Part shown: positions 45,777-56,774 of the stretch, piece after piece
Layout: each line of letters starts with the position of its first letter
How positions within the stretch are numbered: position 1 is the first letter of the stretch
From: Trueperaceae bacterium
GTDB lineage: Bacteria; Deinococcota; Deinococci; Deinococcales; Trueperaceae
Assembly: GCA_034521815.1 (NCBI GenBank)
Contig: JAXHLW010000013.1
Span: 1,568,001-1,632,000, forward strand
DNA: 64,000 bases
Reading direction: 5' to 3'
The notes under the pieces: model-generated
Databases searched by the model: none
What the model was told of the DNA's origin: nothing
Seen by the model: the letters and a program-made list of their open reading frames with translations, nothing else
Program-made: the position numbers and the translations under genes

Positions 45777-47909
45777 ATGGAACCTCACGCATGCTCTCGA
45801 CCCGTCGACCGTGATGGACGTCCGGCGCGCCGCGTCCGCCGCCTCGCCTCGCTCCTCGTGGCCCTGGTCCTGAGCGCCGCGGCGTCGGCCCAATCGGGCT
45901 CAGCCGGATCGGGCTCAGCCGGATCGGACATCACCCAGGCCGACCTCCCGGTCACGCGCCTGGTGGCGACCACCAGCGGCCTGGCCACCTTCGAGCACGA
46001 AGGCACCGTCAGCGGCAGTCAGGAGCTGGTCCTGAGCGTCCCCGAGGCGGCGATGGACGACCTGCTGCAGAGCCTGGTGCTCCAGGACCTGGACGGCGGC
46101 ACCGTCCGTCCCGTCCGCTACGCCGCCCGCGACGCGCTGGGGCGGGTGCTGGCCAGCTACGCGTTCGACCTGCGCGAGACGCCCGGGCTGGCCGAGCTGC
46201 TGGCGCAGGCCCGCGGCGAGGAGCTGATCATCGACGGGCCGTCGGAGCTGCGCGGCACGCTGCTGTCCGTCGAGCGCGTCGACGAGCCCGACGAGGCTCC
46301 CGCCTGGTTCCTGACGCTGGTGCACGACCGTGGTCTGACCCGGCTCCCGTTGGCCGACGTCCGCTCCGTGCGCTTCGAGGACGAGGCGCTGCAGGACGAG
46401 CTGAACGCCGCGCTGGCGGCGTTGGCGCGAGACCGTGGCGCGAACATCGGCCAGCTCCGCATCCGGTTCGAGGGCGTCGGCGAGCGCCGCGTCCGCGTCG
46501 CGTACGTCCGCGAGATGCCGGTCTGGAAGACCAGCTACCGGCTGGTCGTCGGCGACGACGGCAGCGCCGAGCTGCAAGGCTGGGCGATCCTGGACAACCC
46601 GACCGACATGGACCTGAACGACGTCCAGGTGACGTTCCTGGCCGGCCAGCCGATCTCGTTCGTCACCGAGCTGTTCGGTCCCGTGTACGTCGACCGCCCG
46701 CGCGTCTCGGTCGACACCGGCCCGCAGATCGTCCCCGAAGCCGACGCGGGCGCCCTGGACGGAGCGCAGGCCGAAAGCGCCTTCGCGCCCGCGCCCAGCG
46801 CGGCTCGCGCCGCGGACGGCGTGGCCATGATGGCCGCCCCTGCCGCCCCCGAGCTGCGAGGTGCCGGCGTCGAGGCGGCCGCCACCGGCCAGCGCACCGC
46901 CAGCGCCTACGCGTACCGCGTCGACGAGCCCGTCACCGTCGGTCGGCACGCCTCGGCGATGGTCCCGATCGTGCAGGCCACCCTGCCCGCGACGCGGCTG
47001 ACGGTCGTCGACCCCGAGCTGGCGAACGGCGCGCCGCTGCGCGCGGTCCGGATCGAGAACGACTCGGGCGCGCTCCTGGCGGCCGGGACCGTGACCCTGT
47101 ACGACGAGGCCGGCTTCGCGGGCAACGCCCGCCTGGCCGACCTGGCCCCGGGAGGCGAGCGGCTGCTTCGCTACGCCGGAGACCTGGGCGTCCGCGTCGG
47201 CAGCGAGCGGGAGACCACGCCGGAGCGGGTCGTGTCGGTTCGGATCGACGGAGGCCTGCTCAGAAGCGAGGTCCGCCATCGCGCCATCACCCGCTACCGC
47301 ATCGCGCGCGACGACGACGAGCCTCGCCTGCTGGTGATCGAGCACCCCGCCCCCGACGGCTGGACCGTCGCGTCCCCCAGCCCGGATCCGGTGCGGACGG
47401 AGGACGCCTGGCGCTTCGGCGTCGCGCTCGGGGACGCGGAGGACGGCGCCGAGGAGAACGAGGCCTTGCCCGTGCAGCTCCGCTGCGACGGCGAGGAGGC
47501 GTGCGTCCTCGAGGTCGCGCTCGAGCGGACCGAATCCCAGACGACGCAGATCACGAACCTGTCGTCCGACCGGATCGCGGTGCTGCTGCAGAACGTGGAG
47601 CTCGACCCGGCCGACCGCGAGGCGCTCACGCGCATCGCCGAGCTTCAGCGCCGCGTCGCGCAGCTGGACGCCGCCATCGCCGACCAGCAACGGAGACGGG
47701 ACGACATCCACCGCGAGCAGGACCGCATCCGCGAGAACATGCAGGTTCTGGAGCGAAACTCCAGCCTGTACCGGCGCTACCTCTCCGACCTCGAGGCCCA
47801 GGAGGACGAGCTGGACGTCGTGCTCACGGCGATCGAGGGGTTCCGCAGCGAGAGGACCGAGGCCACCACGCGTCTGAACGACGCGATCCGGGCGCTGCCC
47901 GAACGCTGA
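45777..47909 (+). CDS. Secreted DUF4139-like protein with coiled-coil C-terminus
   Basis: MDDLLQSL, PVWKTSYRL, LQGWAILDN..DLNDV, GQPISF. Confidence 0.75.
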   Translation: MEPHACSRPVDRDGRPARRVRRLASLLVALVLSAAASAQSGSAGSGSAGSDITQADLPVTRLVATTSGLATFEHEGTVSGSQELVLSVPEAAMDDLLQSLVLQDLDGGTVRPVRYAARDALGRVLASYAFDLRETPGLAELLAQARGEELIIDGPSELRGTLLSVERVDEPDEAPAWFLTLVHDRGLTRLPLADVRSVRFEDEALQDELNAALAALARDRGANIGQLRIRFEGVGERRVRVAYVREMPVWKTSYRLVVGDDGSAELQGWAILDNPTDMDLNDVQVTFLAGQPISFVTELFGPVYVDRPRVSVDTGPQIVPEADAGALDGAQAESAFAPAPSAARAADGVAMMAAPAAPELRGAGVEAAATGQRTASAYAYRVDEPVTVGRHASAMVPIVQATLPATRLTVVDPELANGAPLRAVRIENDSGALLAAGTVTLYDEAGFAGNARLADLAPGGERLLRYAGDLGVRVGSERETTPERVVSVRIDGGLLRSEVRHRAITRYRIARDDDEPRLLVIEHPAPDGWTVASPSPDPVRTEDAWRFGVALGDAEDGAEENEALPVQLRCDGEEACVLEVALERTESQTTQITNLSSDRIAVLLQNVELDPADREALTRIAELQRRVAQLDAAIADQQRRRDDIHREQDRIRENMQVLERNSSLYRRYLSDLEAQEDELDVVLTAIEGFRSERTEATTRLNDAIRALPER

Positions 47910-47952
47910 GGCGGACCGCGCCGACCGTCAGGAGCGGCCGCGGGCGAGCGGA

Positions 47953-48858
47953 TCAGTCGTTCTCCCGCGCCGCCTCCCACGCGCCGCGGCCCGCCTCGTC
48001 CAGGCGAGCGACGTCGTCGTCCGAGAGCTCGAGCTGCGCTGCACGCACGTTCTGCTCCAGGTGGTCCACCTTGCCGGTCCCGGGGATCGGCAGCATCACC
48101 GGGCTCCGAGCCAGCAGCCAGGCCAGCGCCACCTGAGCGTGCGTGGCGTCCAGGCGGGACGCGACCTCGTCCACCACACCGCCCGGCTGGGCCAGCTCGC
48201 CCGCGGCCAGCGGGAACCAGGGGATGAACCCGATCGCGTTCGCCTCGCAATGGTCGAGAACCTCCTCGCTGTCGCGGTTCGTGAGGTTGTAGAGGTTCTG
48301 CACCGTCGTGACGTCGAACCACGCCGAGGCCGCCTCGATCTCCTCGACGCCCACCTGACTCAGGCCGACGTGCCGGATCAGCCCCTCCTCCTGCATCGCC
48401 CGGATGACGTCGAACTGCTCGTCGCGCGGGACCGCCGGATCGATGCGATGCAGCTGCCACAGGTCGATGCGCGAGACGCCCAGGCGACGCATGCTCATCA
48501 GCACGCACTGGCGCAGGTATTCCGGGCGGCCCACCGGCTTCCAGACGTTCGGACCGTGCCGCGTCAGGCCCCCCTTCGTCGCGACGACCAGACCGTCGTA
48601 CGGATGGAGCGCCTCGCGCAGAAGGTCCTCGCTCACGAACGGTCCGTAGCTGTCGGCGGTATCGATCAGGTTCACGGCCAGCTCCGGCAAGCGCGTCAAG
48701 ACGCGCCGCGCCTCGTCCGGGTCCTCCGGATCGCCCCAGATGCCGTCGCCGGTCACGCGCATCGCGCCGAAGCCCAGGCGATGGACCTCGAGGTCGCCGC
48801 CGATCGTGAAGGTGCCGCTGGCCGCGGCGTTCGGCTCGTCGTTCAGGTGTTTGGACAT
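47953..48858 (-). CDS. Aldo/keto reductase
   Basis: [30 protein letters not shown]. Confidence 0.93.
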   Translation of the reverse strand: MSKHLNDEPNAAASGTFTIGGDLEVHRLGFGAMRVTGDGIWGDPEDPDEARRVLTRLPELAVNLIDTADSYGPFVSEDLLREALHPYDGLVVATKGGLTRHGPNVWKPVGRPEYLRQCVLMSMRRLGVSRIDLWQLHRIDPAVPRDEQFDVIRAMQEEGLIRHVGLSQVGVEEIEAASAWFDVTTVQNLYNLTNRDSEEVLDHCEANAIGFIPWFPLAAGELAQPGGVVDEVASRLDATHAQVALAWLLARSPVMLPIPGTGKVDHLEQNVRAAQLELSDDDVARLDEAGRGAWEAAREND

Positions 48859-48961
48859 GGCTCGACCCTACCCCCCGGCGACAGTCGTGCCGGTCGAGGC
48901 GCGCACCGTGCCCGCGCCGGAAGCCGGTGCGACGGGCGTCCCGCCGTGGCATGCTCGATCG

Positions 48962-49459
48962 ATGAGCGCGCCCGAAGATCTATCGGCCCTGCTCCGCGAC
49001 CTTCGGCCCGAGCTCGCCGAGGGGCCGTTCGTGTTCGCCGAGGCCACCGTCCACGAGACTGACCACGAGACTGACGGACTGGCCCCGTTCGCGACCGTGC
49101 TCGAGGACGAGGGGCTGACGCTGGTGCTTCCGCTCGCGCAGGCGCAACGGGCCGGACTGCCGTTCGACTTCGTCGCCGCACGCATCACGCTCCGCCTGTC
49201 GTCCGAGCTGACGGCCGTCGGTCTCACCGCCGCCGTCGCGGGGCGTCTGGCGCGAGCCGGCATCGCCTGCAACGTGATCGCGGGCCTGCACCACGACCAT
49301 CTGCTGGTCCCGTGGGAGCGCGGCGAGGAGGCGCTGACCCTCCTCGAGCCGAGCTGCGCGACGCGCCGCCGTAGGCCCTGCTCTTCACCGGTCCGTCCAC
49401 CGATCGGCGCACACGGACCCGCAGCCGATGCGCCGTGCCGAACGACGAGGTCGAAGTAG
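48962..49459 (+). CDS. ACT-domain protein (DUF2241-like); true end may be the TAG at about 49373 through a frameshift
   Basis: LRPEL, EDEGLTLV, ITLRLSSELTAVGLTAAV, CNVIAGLHHDHLLVP. Confidence 0.8.
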   Translation: MSAPEDLSALLRDLRPELAEGPFVFAEATVHETDHETDGLAPFATVLEDEGLTLVLPLAQAQRAGLPFDFVAARITLRLSSELTAVGLTAAVAGRLARAGIACNVIAGLHHDHLLVPWERGEEALTLLEPSCATRRRRPCSSPVRPPIGAHGPAADAPCRTTRSK

Positions 49460-50508
49460 CCGCGGAACTGCTCGATCAGCCCGGTGCGGGCGTCGGGTCC
49501 CGGCAGGTGCAGCCGGTCCGCGACGTCGCGCCACGCCGCGAGCTCCTCGTCCCGCAGCTCGATCCGGGCGCGAAGGTCCGCGAGCGCGTCCGGAGCGACC
49601 TTGCGCAAGCGAGCGTACGTCTCCAGCGCGAAGACCAGGGCCGAACGGCTCTGCTCGTTCGTGAACGCGTTGTCGTCCACGTTCTCGTGGTACTCGTCGG
49701 GACCCAGCACACGGCGGATCTCCCAGCGGCGGCGGTGCGGGATCCACACCACGAACGACGCCAGGAAACGCGCGACCTCGAACACGATCTCGGCGCCCCT
49801 CTCGATCAGGAACGACTCGTCCCCGGTCGCGTCCAGGTAGTCGCGCACGGCGACCGCCACGTCCGGCGAGACGTGCATCTGCCAGTCGTTGAAGTGGTTC
49901 CGGATCGGACGTCCGGTCACGACCTCGCGGAAGAACCAGTCGGGACAGAGCTCCTCGCCGTCGTCTCCGCTGATCCAGGCGTAGAACGCGCCGTGGTAGC
50001 CCAGCCGCTCCGCTTTGCGTCGCGCGCCGGGAAGCGTGCGCCAGCGGTAGCTCAGGATGCGGCGCGCGACCTCGGGCCGGGTGTGCAGGAACACGTCGAG
50101 GTTGTACGCCTCCTGGTCCCAGAACGCCGCGCCCTGGTACGCCTGGCACGAAAGGCCGCGCGCGCCGATCGGCAGCCGGTCGGAATGCTCCGGCGTGGCG
50201 ATGCGGTTGTGGTAGATCGCGAACCGGAGCGCGCGCTGCGCATCGTCGTCGCCGTCGATCCGCACGTCGGAGAGCTGCCAGAACCGCTCCCAGTCGTCCG
50301 CGTTCCGGGCCGCGAGCGCGTCCCAGCCGGACGCCAGCGCGCGCTCCACGCTGGTGACGGCGGCCGCGGCGGGGTCGTCCGCGACGTCCGTCGCCGGGTC
50401 GACGTCGTTCGACGACGCCACCGCGAACGCGCGCAGCACCGTCGCCGTGCCGTTCGCCGGATCCAGGGCTCTTGGTCGCTCTCGCCCGCGCGTGGGATCG
50501 TCCCTCAT
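49440..50508 (-). pseudogene. Truncated GH65 (kojibiose/maltose phosphorylase family) fragment
   Basis: IGARGLS.QAYQGAAFWDQE, GPDEYHENVDDNAFTN, LIEQFRGYFDL then loss of similarity; N-terminal domain also missing. Confidence 0.8.
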
Positions 50509-51386
50509 CCGGGCTCCTGGTCGCTCGCGCCCGGAAGCGGCGCCCCGCAACGCCGACAGAAGGCGGCGTCGGCCGCGTGGCCTCCCGCGCCGCAGGCGTC
50601 GCAGCTGCGTGACCCGCCGCCGTTCGCGTCGGCGTCCGGCGTCGGCTCCGGATCGGCCATCGGCGCAGGACGGGACTCCCACACCGACGCCCGCGTCAGC
50701 TCGCTGGTCACGATCCCGGTCGGGACGGCGATGATCGCGTAGCCGAGGATCATCACCGCCGCAGCCAGCGTCTTGCCGACCGGCGTGCCGGGAGCGACGT
50801 CGCCGTAGCCCACGGTCGTGAGCGTGACGATCGCCCAGTAGATGGCCACGGGGATGCTGTCGAACCCGTTGGCCGGCCCCTCGATCAGGTACATCGCCGA
50901 GCCGATGATCAGCACCAGCGTCAGCACGGTCACCAGGAACACCGTGATCTTCTCGCGGCTGGCCCGCAACGCGCGGACCAGGACCCCGGCCTGGCCCAGG
51001 TAGCGCGCCGCCTTGAGCACCCGGAACACGCGCAGCAGTCGAAGCGAGCGGATCACCAGCAGGTACTGCGAGCCCACCAGCACGACGCTCAGGTAGGTCG
51101 GCAGGATCGCGAGCGCGTCGATCACGCCGTAGAAGCTGCGGACGTACCGCAACGGCTTTCGTGCCGTGTAGATCCGCGCGACGTACTCGATCGTGAAGAG
51201 ACCGGTGAACACCCACTCCAGCGTGCGCAGCGTGTCCCCGTAGCGTGCGCGGACCCCGGCCATGCTCTCGAGCAGGACCAGCGCGACGCTGAGCACGATC
51301 GCCCAGAGAAGCGCCACGTCGAACCCGCGCGCCGCCGGCGTGTCGGTCTCGAAGATGATGTCGCCTAGACGCTCCCTGAACGACAT
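50505..51386 (-). CDS. Voltage-gated potassium channel-type ion transporter
   Basis: S4 RSLRLLRVFRVLK, TTVGYGD filter, C-terminal CxxC..CxxC. Confidence 0.93.
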   Translation of the reverse strand: MSFRERLGDIIFETDTPAARGFDVALLWAIVLSVALVLLESMAGVRARYGDTLRTLEWVFTGLFTIEYVARIYTARKPLRYVRSFYGVIDALAILPTYLSVVLVGSQYLLVIRSLRLLRVFRVLKAARYLGQAGVLVRALRASREKITVFLVTVLTLVLIIGSAMYLIEGPANGFDSIPVAIYWAIVTLTTVGYGDVAPGTPVGKTLAAAVMILGYAIIAVPTGIVTSELTRASVWESRPAPMADPEPTPDADANGGGSRSCDACGAGGHAADAAFCRRCGAPLPGASDQEPG

Positions 51387-51422
51387 GCCCCAGGCTACGC
51401 CAGCCGGGCGTACGATGGCCGG

Positions 51423-52682
51423 ATGCGTGCCAAAGGACTCGGCGAAGCGAACCGAAACTTCTGGCTGGGCGTGTACAACGGCATCCTCGTCAACGGCGGC
51501 GAGGCGTTCTTCCACAGCGGGCTGGTGCTGGCCCCGTTCCTCGCGGCGCTGGGCGCGCCCGCCTGGGCGATCGGCCTGATCCCGACGGTACGTATCGGCG
51601 GCTGGTTCCTACCGCAGCTGTTCGTCGCGAGCCGCCTGGCGCACCAGCCGTTCAAGCTGCCGGTCTATCGCCGCTCGTCCACCGTGCGCGTGCTCGCGTT
51701 CGCCGTCCTCACCGCGACCGTGTTCGCAGCAGGCGACCGGCCTGGACTGATCGTCGTCGTGACGCTCGTCGTCCTGGGCGTGAACGCCATCGCCGGCGGG
51801 GTCGGCGGCGTGCCGTTCGCGGACGTCACCGCCAAGGTCGTGCCGCACTACCGGCTGGGAACGTTCTGGGTGCTTCGCAACGCGATCGGCGGCGCCCTGG
51901 CGCTGCTGGCGGGTCTGGTGCTGAGCCGGGTGCTGGACTCGAGCTTGCCGTTCCCGCGCGACTTCGGCCTGGTGTTCCTGCTGGGCTCGACCCTGATGGC
52001 GGGCGCCTACCTGGCGTTCGCACTGGTCCGGGAGCCGGCCGGGACGCCGGCGCTACGCGAGCCGATGCGGGCCATGCTTCGGCGTCTGCCCTCGGTGCTC
52101 AGGCAAGACGAGAGCTTCCGGCGCTACCTGCGCGTGCGGTTCCTGGCGCTGGCCGCCCTGCTGGCGGAGCCGTTCTACGCCGTCCACGCGATCAAGAACC
52201 TGGGGGCGCCGGTCACGTCGCTGGGAACCTTCGTGGTGATGGCGACGTTCGCCTCGATCGCCGTGAACTTCGCGCTGCGTCGGCACGCCGACCGGGGTCG
52301 GAACGTGACGGTCCTGCACATCGCGCTGACGCTTCTGGTCGCCGCACCGCTGGCCGCGCTGACGATTCAGGATCCGCGCGCGTTCGGCGTCGTGTTCGCC
52401 CTGTCCGCCGCCGGCACGTCCGCGATGGGCATCGCGGCGTGGAACCTGCTGTACGCCGTCTCGCCCGCACCCGAACGACCGCTCTACGTCGGCGTCGCGA
52501 ACAGCGTGCTGGCCCTGCCCAGCCTGGCGCCGGTCGTGGCCGGCCTGGCCGCGGGACTGATCGGCTTCAGGCCCCTGTTCGGCGTCGCCGCCCTGGTCGC
52601 GGCGAGCAGTCTGGCGTTCTCGTTCCGCTTCGTTCAGCTCCGCGAGCTGGACCGCGCGGCGCTGGAGCACGAGCCGTCCTGA
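51423..52682 (+). CDS. MFS transporter
   Basis: About 12 TM segments; LPQLF, ERPLYVG. Confidence 0.8.
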   Translation: MRAKGLGEANRNFWLGVYNGILVNGGEAFFHSGLVLAPFLAALGAPAWAIGLIPTVRIGGWFLPQLFVASRLAHQPFKLPVYRRSSTVRVLAFAVLTATVFAAGDRPGLIVVVTLVVLGVNAIAGGVGGVPFADVTAKVVPHYRLGTFWVLRNAIGGALALLAGLVLSRVLDSSLPFPRDFGLVFLLGSTLMAGAYLAFALVREPAGTPALREPMRAMLRRLPSVLRQDESFRRYLRVRFLALAALLAEPFYAVHAIKNLGAPVTSLGTFVVMATFASIAVNFALRRHADRGRNVTVLHIALTLLVAAPLAALTIQDPRAFGVVFALSAAGTSAMGIAAWNLLYAVSPAPERPLYVGVANSVLALPSLAPVVAGLAAGLIGFRPLFGVAALVAASSLAFSFRFVQLRELDRAALEHEPS

Positions 52683-52769
52683 CAACGCCTCGAAAGGTCC
52701 TCGCCGTGACTCTGGGCGTGGTGGCTGTACCGTGGCGGCTGTACCGTGGTGGCCTTGCGCGCCTCGGCT

Positions 52770-53324
52770 CTAGGCGTGATCGACGATGTCGAGGTCGACG
52801 TCGAGGTCGATGTCCACGCCGATGGCCATGGCCGCCGACGCGACCGTGTGCCCAACGTCGCCGACGTCGGCGTGAAGCAGGCTCGGCTGCCCCACGTCGG
52901 TGACGAGGTCGGTGACAAGGTCGATGACGGGGGCAGGCACGGAACCGGTGACGGGACCGGTGTCGACCGTCTCCCCGGATCCGCCCACGCCCTGCGGCGC
53001 TGACGGGCTCGGCGCGGCGACGCGCACCCAGCTCCGCAGCCCCACGGTGCGGACCTCCACGACCGGCGTCCCGCCCGCGTGCGCCAGCTCCTTGCAGCGT
53101 GCCTTGATCGCGCGACGGGTCAGGCGCGGGTACGAGTTCGGAGACTGCGACGACTCGATCTCGCTGACCGTGACCCAGCCGGGCTTGCGCCGTAGCGACT
53201 CGCTGAGAGAGGGTCGTCTGGGGGGTCTGGTGACGCCCTCGACGTGAGCATCTTCGGGAAGCTCGCTGCTGCCGTAACGGTTGAGCGCTTTTTGCAGCGC
53301 GGTGGTCAGATGCTCGTCCTTCAT
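52770..53324 (-). CDS. Hypothetical protein with low-complexity tail
   Basis: SD-like GAGG + ATG, fills the gap between genes; no recognised family. Confidence 0.45.
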   Translation of the reverse strand: MKDEHLTTALQKALNRYGSSELPEDAHVEGVTRPPRRPSLSESLRRKPGWVTVSEIESSQSPNSYPRLTRRAIKARCKELAHAGGTPVVEVRTVGLRSWVRVAAPSPSAPQGVGGSGETVDTGPVTGSVPAPVIDLVTDLVTDVGQPSLLHADVGDVGHTVASAAMAIGVDIDLDVDLDIVDHA

Positions 53325-53590
53325 GGTCGACCTCGCAGACGCCCGACGCGGGCGGGGGCCGTATCTCGGCTACGCGAAAATGGTACCGCGGCCGCCGTCC
53401 CGGACGCAATGCGTGACGCTTCACAGTGGCTCGCACCAGGACACCCGCGACCGTCCCGCAGCGGTCGCCGATACGGCCGACCGTCGTGGACCGGCGTGGG
53501 GTCGACGGTGCGTGTCGAGCGGATCGCCGCGAGCGGACCGTGGCGGGACGTCCTGACCGCGATGAAAATCACGGGCTACACTGGACGACG

Positions 53591-55129
53591 ATGGAAACGA
53601 CCCGCGCCCCGACCGACGACCGTTCCGGCCCCGAGCCGCTCGACGCCTTTCTCGAGCGCTACGGCCGGGTCCTTCGCCGCGTCTTTCGGCCCCCGACCGA
53701 CGACGTACGCCGCCACCTGGTACGCGGCCTTCCGCCTTCGGAGCTTCGTGCCGTCCTCGCCCAGCAGCCGTTGTCCGTGTTCATTCCCCACCGCTACGGC
53801 GGACGGGGCGAGCACGTGCACGAAGGCCTCGCCATGCTGGAGCGCACGGCGTACGACTCGCTCGCCATGTCGCTCACCTTGGGCATCAACGGCGCGCTGT
53901 TCCTGCAGCCCGTCGCGAAGTACGGATCCGAGGACATCCACGCCCCGATCTTCGAGCGCTTCCTGGACCACCAGAACATGGGCGGTCTGATGATGACCGA
54001 GCCCGACTACGGCTCCGACGCGCTCAGCATGCAGACGTCGTGGACCGAGGCGTCGGGCCGCTACCGGATCCGCGGCACGAAGCACTGGGCCGGACTGACG
54101 GGTCTGGCCGACTACTGGCTGATGACGGCCCGCGGCCGCGACGCGGACGGCAAGCTCTCGCGCGACGTGGACTTCTTCGTCTTGGACGCTCACCGTCCAG
54201 ACGAGGCGGTGGTCGTCGAGGAGCGGTTCGAGAACCTCGGCCTGTACGCCATTCCGTACGGTCGGAACCGGGTCGACGTGAGCGTTCCAGGCGCGCAGCG
54301 GCTGACGCCGAAGCGAAGCGGCCTGAAGATGATGCTGGACCTGCTTCACCGCAGCAGGATCCAGTTCCCCGGCATGGCGCTCGGCTTCCTTAGGCGCCTC
54401 GCGGACGAGGCGATGGAGCACGTCCACGAGCGACAGGTCGGCGGACGCAGCCTGCTGGCGTACGACCAGGTCCAGCGTCGGATCGCGCGGCTGCAGGCGT
54501 CGGTCACCGTCGCGAGCGCGATGTGCGTGTTCGCCTCGTCGCGGGCGGGCGTCGATCAGGACCTGTCCAAGGAGGGGCTGCCGGCCAACATCGTCAAGGC
54601 CACGGTCACCGACCGGATGCAGGAGGGCGCGCAATCGGTCCTCCAGCTGATGGGCGCGAAAGGCTACCGGCTGGACCACATCGCCGGTCGCGGGCTCATC
54701 GACTCGCGTCCGTTCCAGATCTTCGAGGGCAGCAACGACATCCTCTACGAACAGATCGCCACCGCCACGCTCCAAGCGATGCGCAAGGCCAAGGAGCCTC
54801 GGCTGGGCGCGTTCCTGGCCGCGACGGACTGGGCGTCGCGCGCCGCCGACAGGCTGGCGACGTCGCTGGACGTTCGCATCGACACCGAGCTGCCGCAGCG
54901 CAGGCTCGTGGATTTCGGTCGCCTGATCGGCCAGATCGCATCGATGGAGATGGTCGTCGAGCTGGGCGAGCGCGGCTACTCGGCCGAGCGCGTCCGCAGC
55001 GCCATCGAGCAGCTCGGCACCGAGATCGCCGGCGCCTTCACCGCCTTCGCTCAGCAGGACGCCACCAAGGCGATCGACGACGAGCTGGCCGGCGGCGCGT
55101 GGGTGGCGCACCTGAGCTCTCCGGGCTGA
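53591..55129 (+). CDS. Acyl-CoA dehydrogenase-family protein
   Basis: MMTEPDYGSD, GTKHW, GAKGY, QIFEGSNDIL. Confidence 0.9.
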   Translation: METTRAPTDDRSGPEPLDAFLERYGRVLRRVFRPPTDDVRRHLVRGLPPSELRAVLAQQPLSVFIPHRYGGRGEHVHEGLAMLERTAYDSLAMSLTLGINGALFLQPVAKYGSEDIHAPIFERFLDHQNMGGLMMTEPDYGSDALSMQTSWTEASGRYRIRGTKHWAGLTGLADYWLMTARGRDADGKLSRDVDFFVLDAHRPDEAVVVEERFENLGLYAIPYGRNRVDVSVPGAQRLTPKRSGLKMMLDLLHRSRIQFPGMALGFLRRLADEAMEHVHERQVGGRSLLAYDQVQRRIARLQASVTVASAMCVFASSRAGVDQDLSKEGLPANIVKATVTDRMQEGAQSVLQLMGAKGYRLDHIAGRGLIDSRPFQIFEGSNDILYEQIATATLQAMRKAKEPRLGAFLAATDWASRAADRLATSLDVRIDTELPQRRLVDFGRLIGQIASMEMVVELGERGYSAERVRSAIEQLGTEIAGAFTAFAQQDATKAIDDELAGGAWVAHLSSPG

Positions 55130-55173
55130 GCGGTCCGCGCCGAGCGCCGCCGCGCGCTGGGCGCACGACGCGC

Positions 55174-56400
55174 TCAGGCGCAGACGCGCCGCGCGACGTG
55201 GTCAAGACCCTGCCGCACCGTCTCGACGCTGGCGAGGTCCACCCACTCGTCGGGCCGATGGATCCCGCCGCCCACCGGACCGAACAGCACCGTAGGGATG
55301 CCTGCCGCCTCGATCAGCGCGGCGTCGGTCCAGTACGGCGCTCCCGATCGCGCCGCCTCGCGTCCCGTGACCGCCAGGATCGCCGCGGCGACCGCCTCCG
55401 TCGCGGGCGAGTCGATCGCGGCCTCGAACGCCTCGCGGGCGACCAGCGTCCGGACGGAGGCGCGCAGCGTCGGGTCGGCCAGGCGGAGCGCGTCCAGCAT
55501 GCCCGTCGCCTCGGCTTCGGCACCCTGAGCCGCGGACTCGCCGGGAAGGGTTCGACGCTCGATCGTCGCGACCGCGTGGGACGGCGTGGTGAACAGCTCG
55601 TGGCCGCCCGACGCCAACACGGCCTGCCACGAGCCGTGACGCAACGACGGGTGCGGTGCGGCGCTCCGCAAGATGGCGTCGCGATCCTCGACCGCGGTGA
55701 GAAGACGGCCCAGCTGCCGTAGCGCGTTCACGCCCGCCTCGGGTTGCGAGGTGTGCGAGGCACGCCCCTCGAAGGTGACCTCGAGCACCGCGAAGCCTCG
55801 ATGGGCGACGTGGATCGCCAGGTCGGTCGGCTCGGTCACGATCGCGACGTCGGCACGGACGGCGTCGAGCGCCGAGCGGGTGCCGATGCTGTCGTGCTCC
55901 TCGTCGGACACGGCTGCGAGCACGACGTCGCCGGCGAGATCGCCACGTCGCGCCGCGTCCTCGAGCACCAGCAGGCAGGCGGCCAGGCTGGCCTTCATGT
56001 CCATGGTGCCGCGTCCGTACATCCGACCGTCCTCGAGCCGCGGCTCGAACGGCGCGTCCATGCCGTCGACCCCGACGGTATCGAGGTGGGCGTTCAACAG
56101 CAGCGTGCGTCCTGCCCCGCTGCCGGGCGCCCGAACGATGACGCTGGGCCGGCCGGGAACCGGCTCCAGCCAGTCGGTGCGCAGGCCCCGCTGGTCGGCC
56201 CAGTCGCGGACGAACCGCGCCGCCTCGCTCTCGCCGGCATGCGCGGGGTCCAATGCGGGGTTGACCGAGTCGATCCTGACCAGCTGGGCGAGCAGCTCCT
56301 GGATCCGGCCCGGACCGTCCGTCGCGCCGTCCGTCGCACCGTCCGTCGCACCGTCCACCGCGTCGCCGGTCCCCTCTCGCGGGTCGCCAGGCGCGCTCAC
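55174..56400 (-). CDS. M20/ArgE/DapE-family deacylase
   Basis: NAHLDTV, GRGTMDMK, DEE, TEPT, H.PDEWV. Confidence 0.9.
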   Translation of the reverse strand: MSAPGDPREGTGDAVDGATDGATDGATDGPGRIQELLAQLVRIDSVNPALDPAHAGESEAARFVRDWADQRGLRTDWLEPVPGRPSVIVRAPGSGAGRTLLLNAHLDTVGVDGMDAPFEPRLEDGRMYGRGTMDMKASLAACLLVLEDAARRGDLAGDVVLAAVSDEEHDSIGTRSALDAVRADVAIVTEPTDLAIHVAHRGFAVLEVTFEGRASHTSQPEAGVNALRQLGRLLTAVEDRDAILRSAAPHPSLRHGSWQAVLASGGHELFTTPSHAVATIERRTLPGESAAQGAEAEATGMLDALRLADPTLRASVRTLVAREAFEAAIDSPATEAVAAAILAVTGREAARSGAPYWTDAALIEAAGIPTVLFGPVGGGIHRPDEWVDLASVETVRQGLDHVARRVCA

Positions 56401-56774
56401 AGCACACCCGTCGTCGGACTGCCTGACACCGCGAGCGTGACGGTGACGGCCAGCAGACCCAGCGCGATCGCCGCGCCCAAGGAGCGACGCCGCGTGATCT
56501 GCATCCATGCCGCGCCGATCAGGAGCACGCTGAGCCCTGCCGCAGCGACGCGGGCCACGGCGTCGGGCGCACCGAACAGCGCGGGCGTCACCAGCGCGGC
56601 GGCGCCCAGCAGCTCGACCACGGCGATGGCCACGACCGCTCCGCGACCCAGGGAAGCCGCCACCTCCATGCCCACGCGCGACAGGCCGGCAGGAGGAAGC
56701 ACGAGCTTGGCCCCGGCGGCGATCAGGAAGGCCAGCGCGACGAGGATGCGGAGCGTCTGCTGAAGCTCGTTCAT
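56397..56774 (-). CDS. DoxX-family membrane protein
   Basis: FLIAAGAKL, IAVVELLGAAAL. Confidence 0.75.
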   Translation of the reverse strand: MNELQQTLRILVALAFLIAAGAKLVLPPAGLSRVGMEVAASLGRGAVVAIAVVELLGAAALVTPALFGAPDAVARVAAAGLSVLLIGAAWMQITRRRSLGAAIALGLLAVTVTLAVSGSPTTGVL

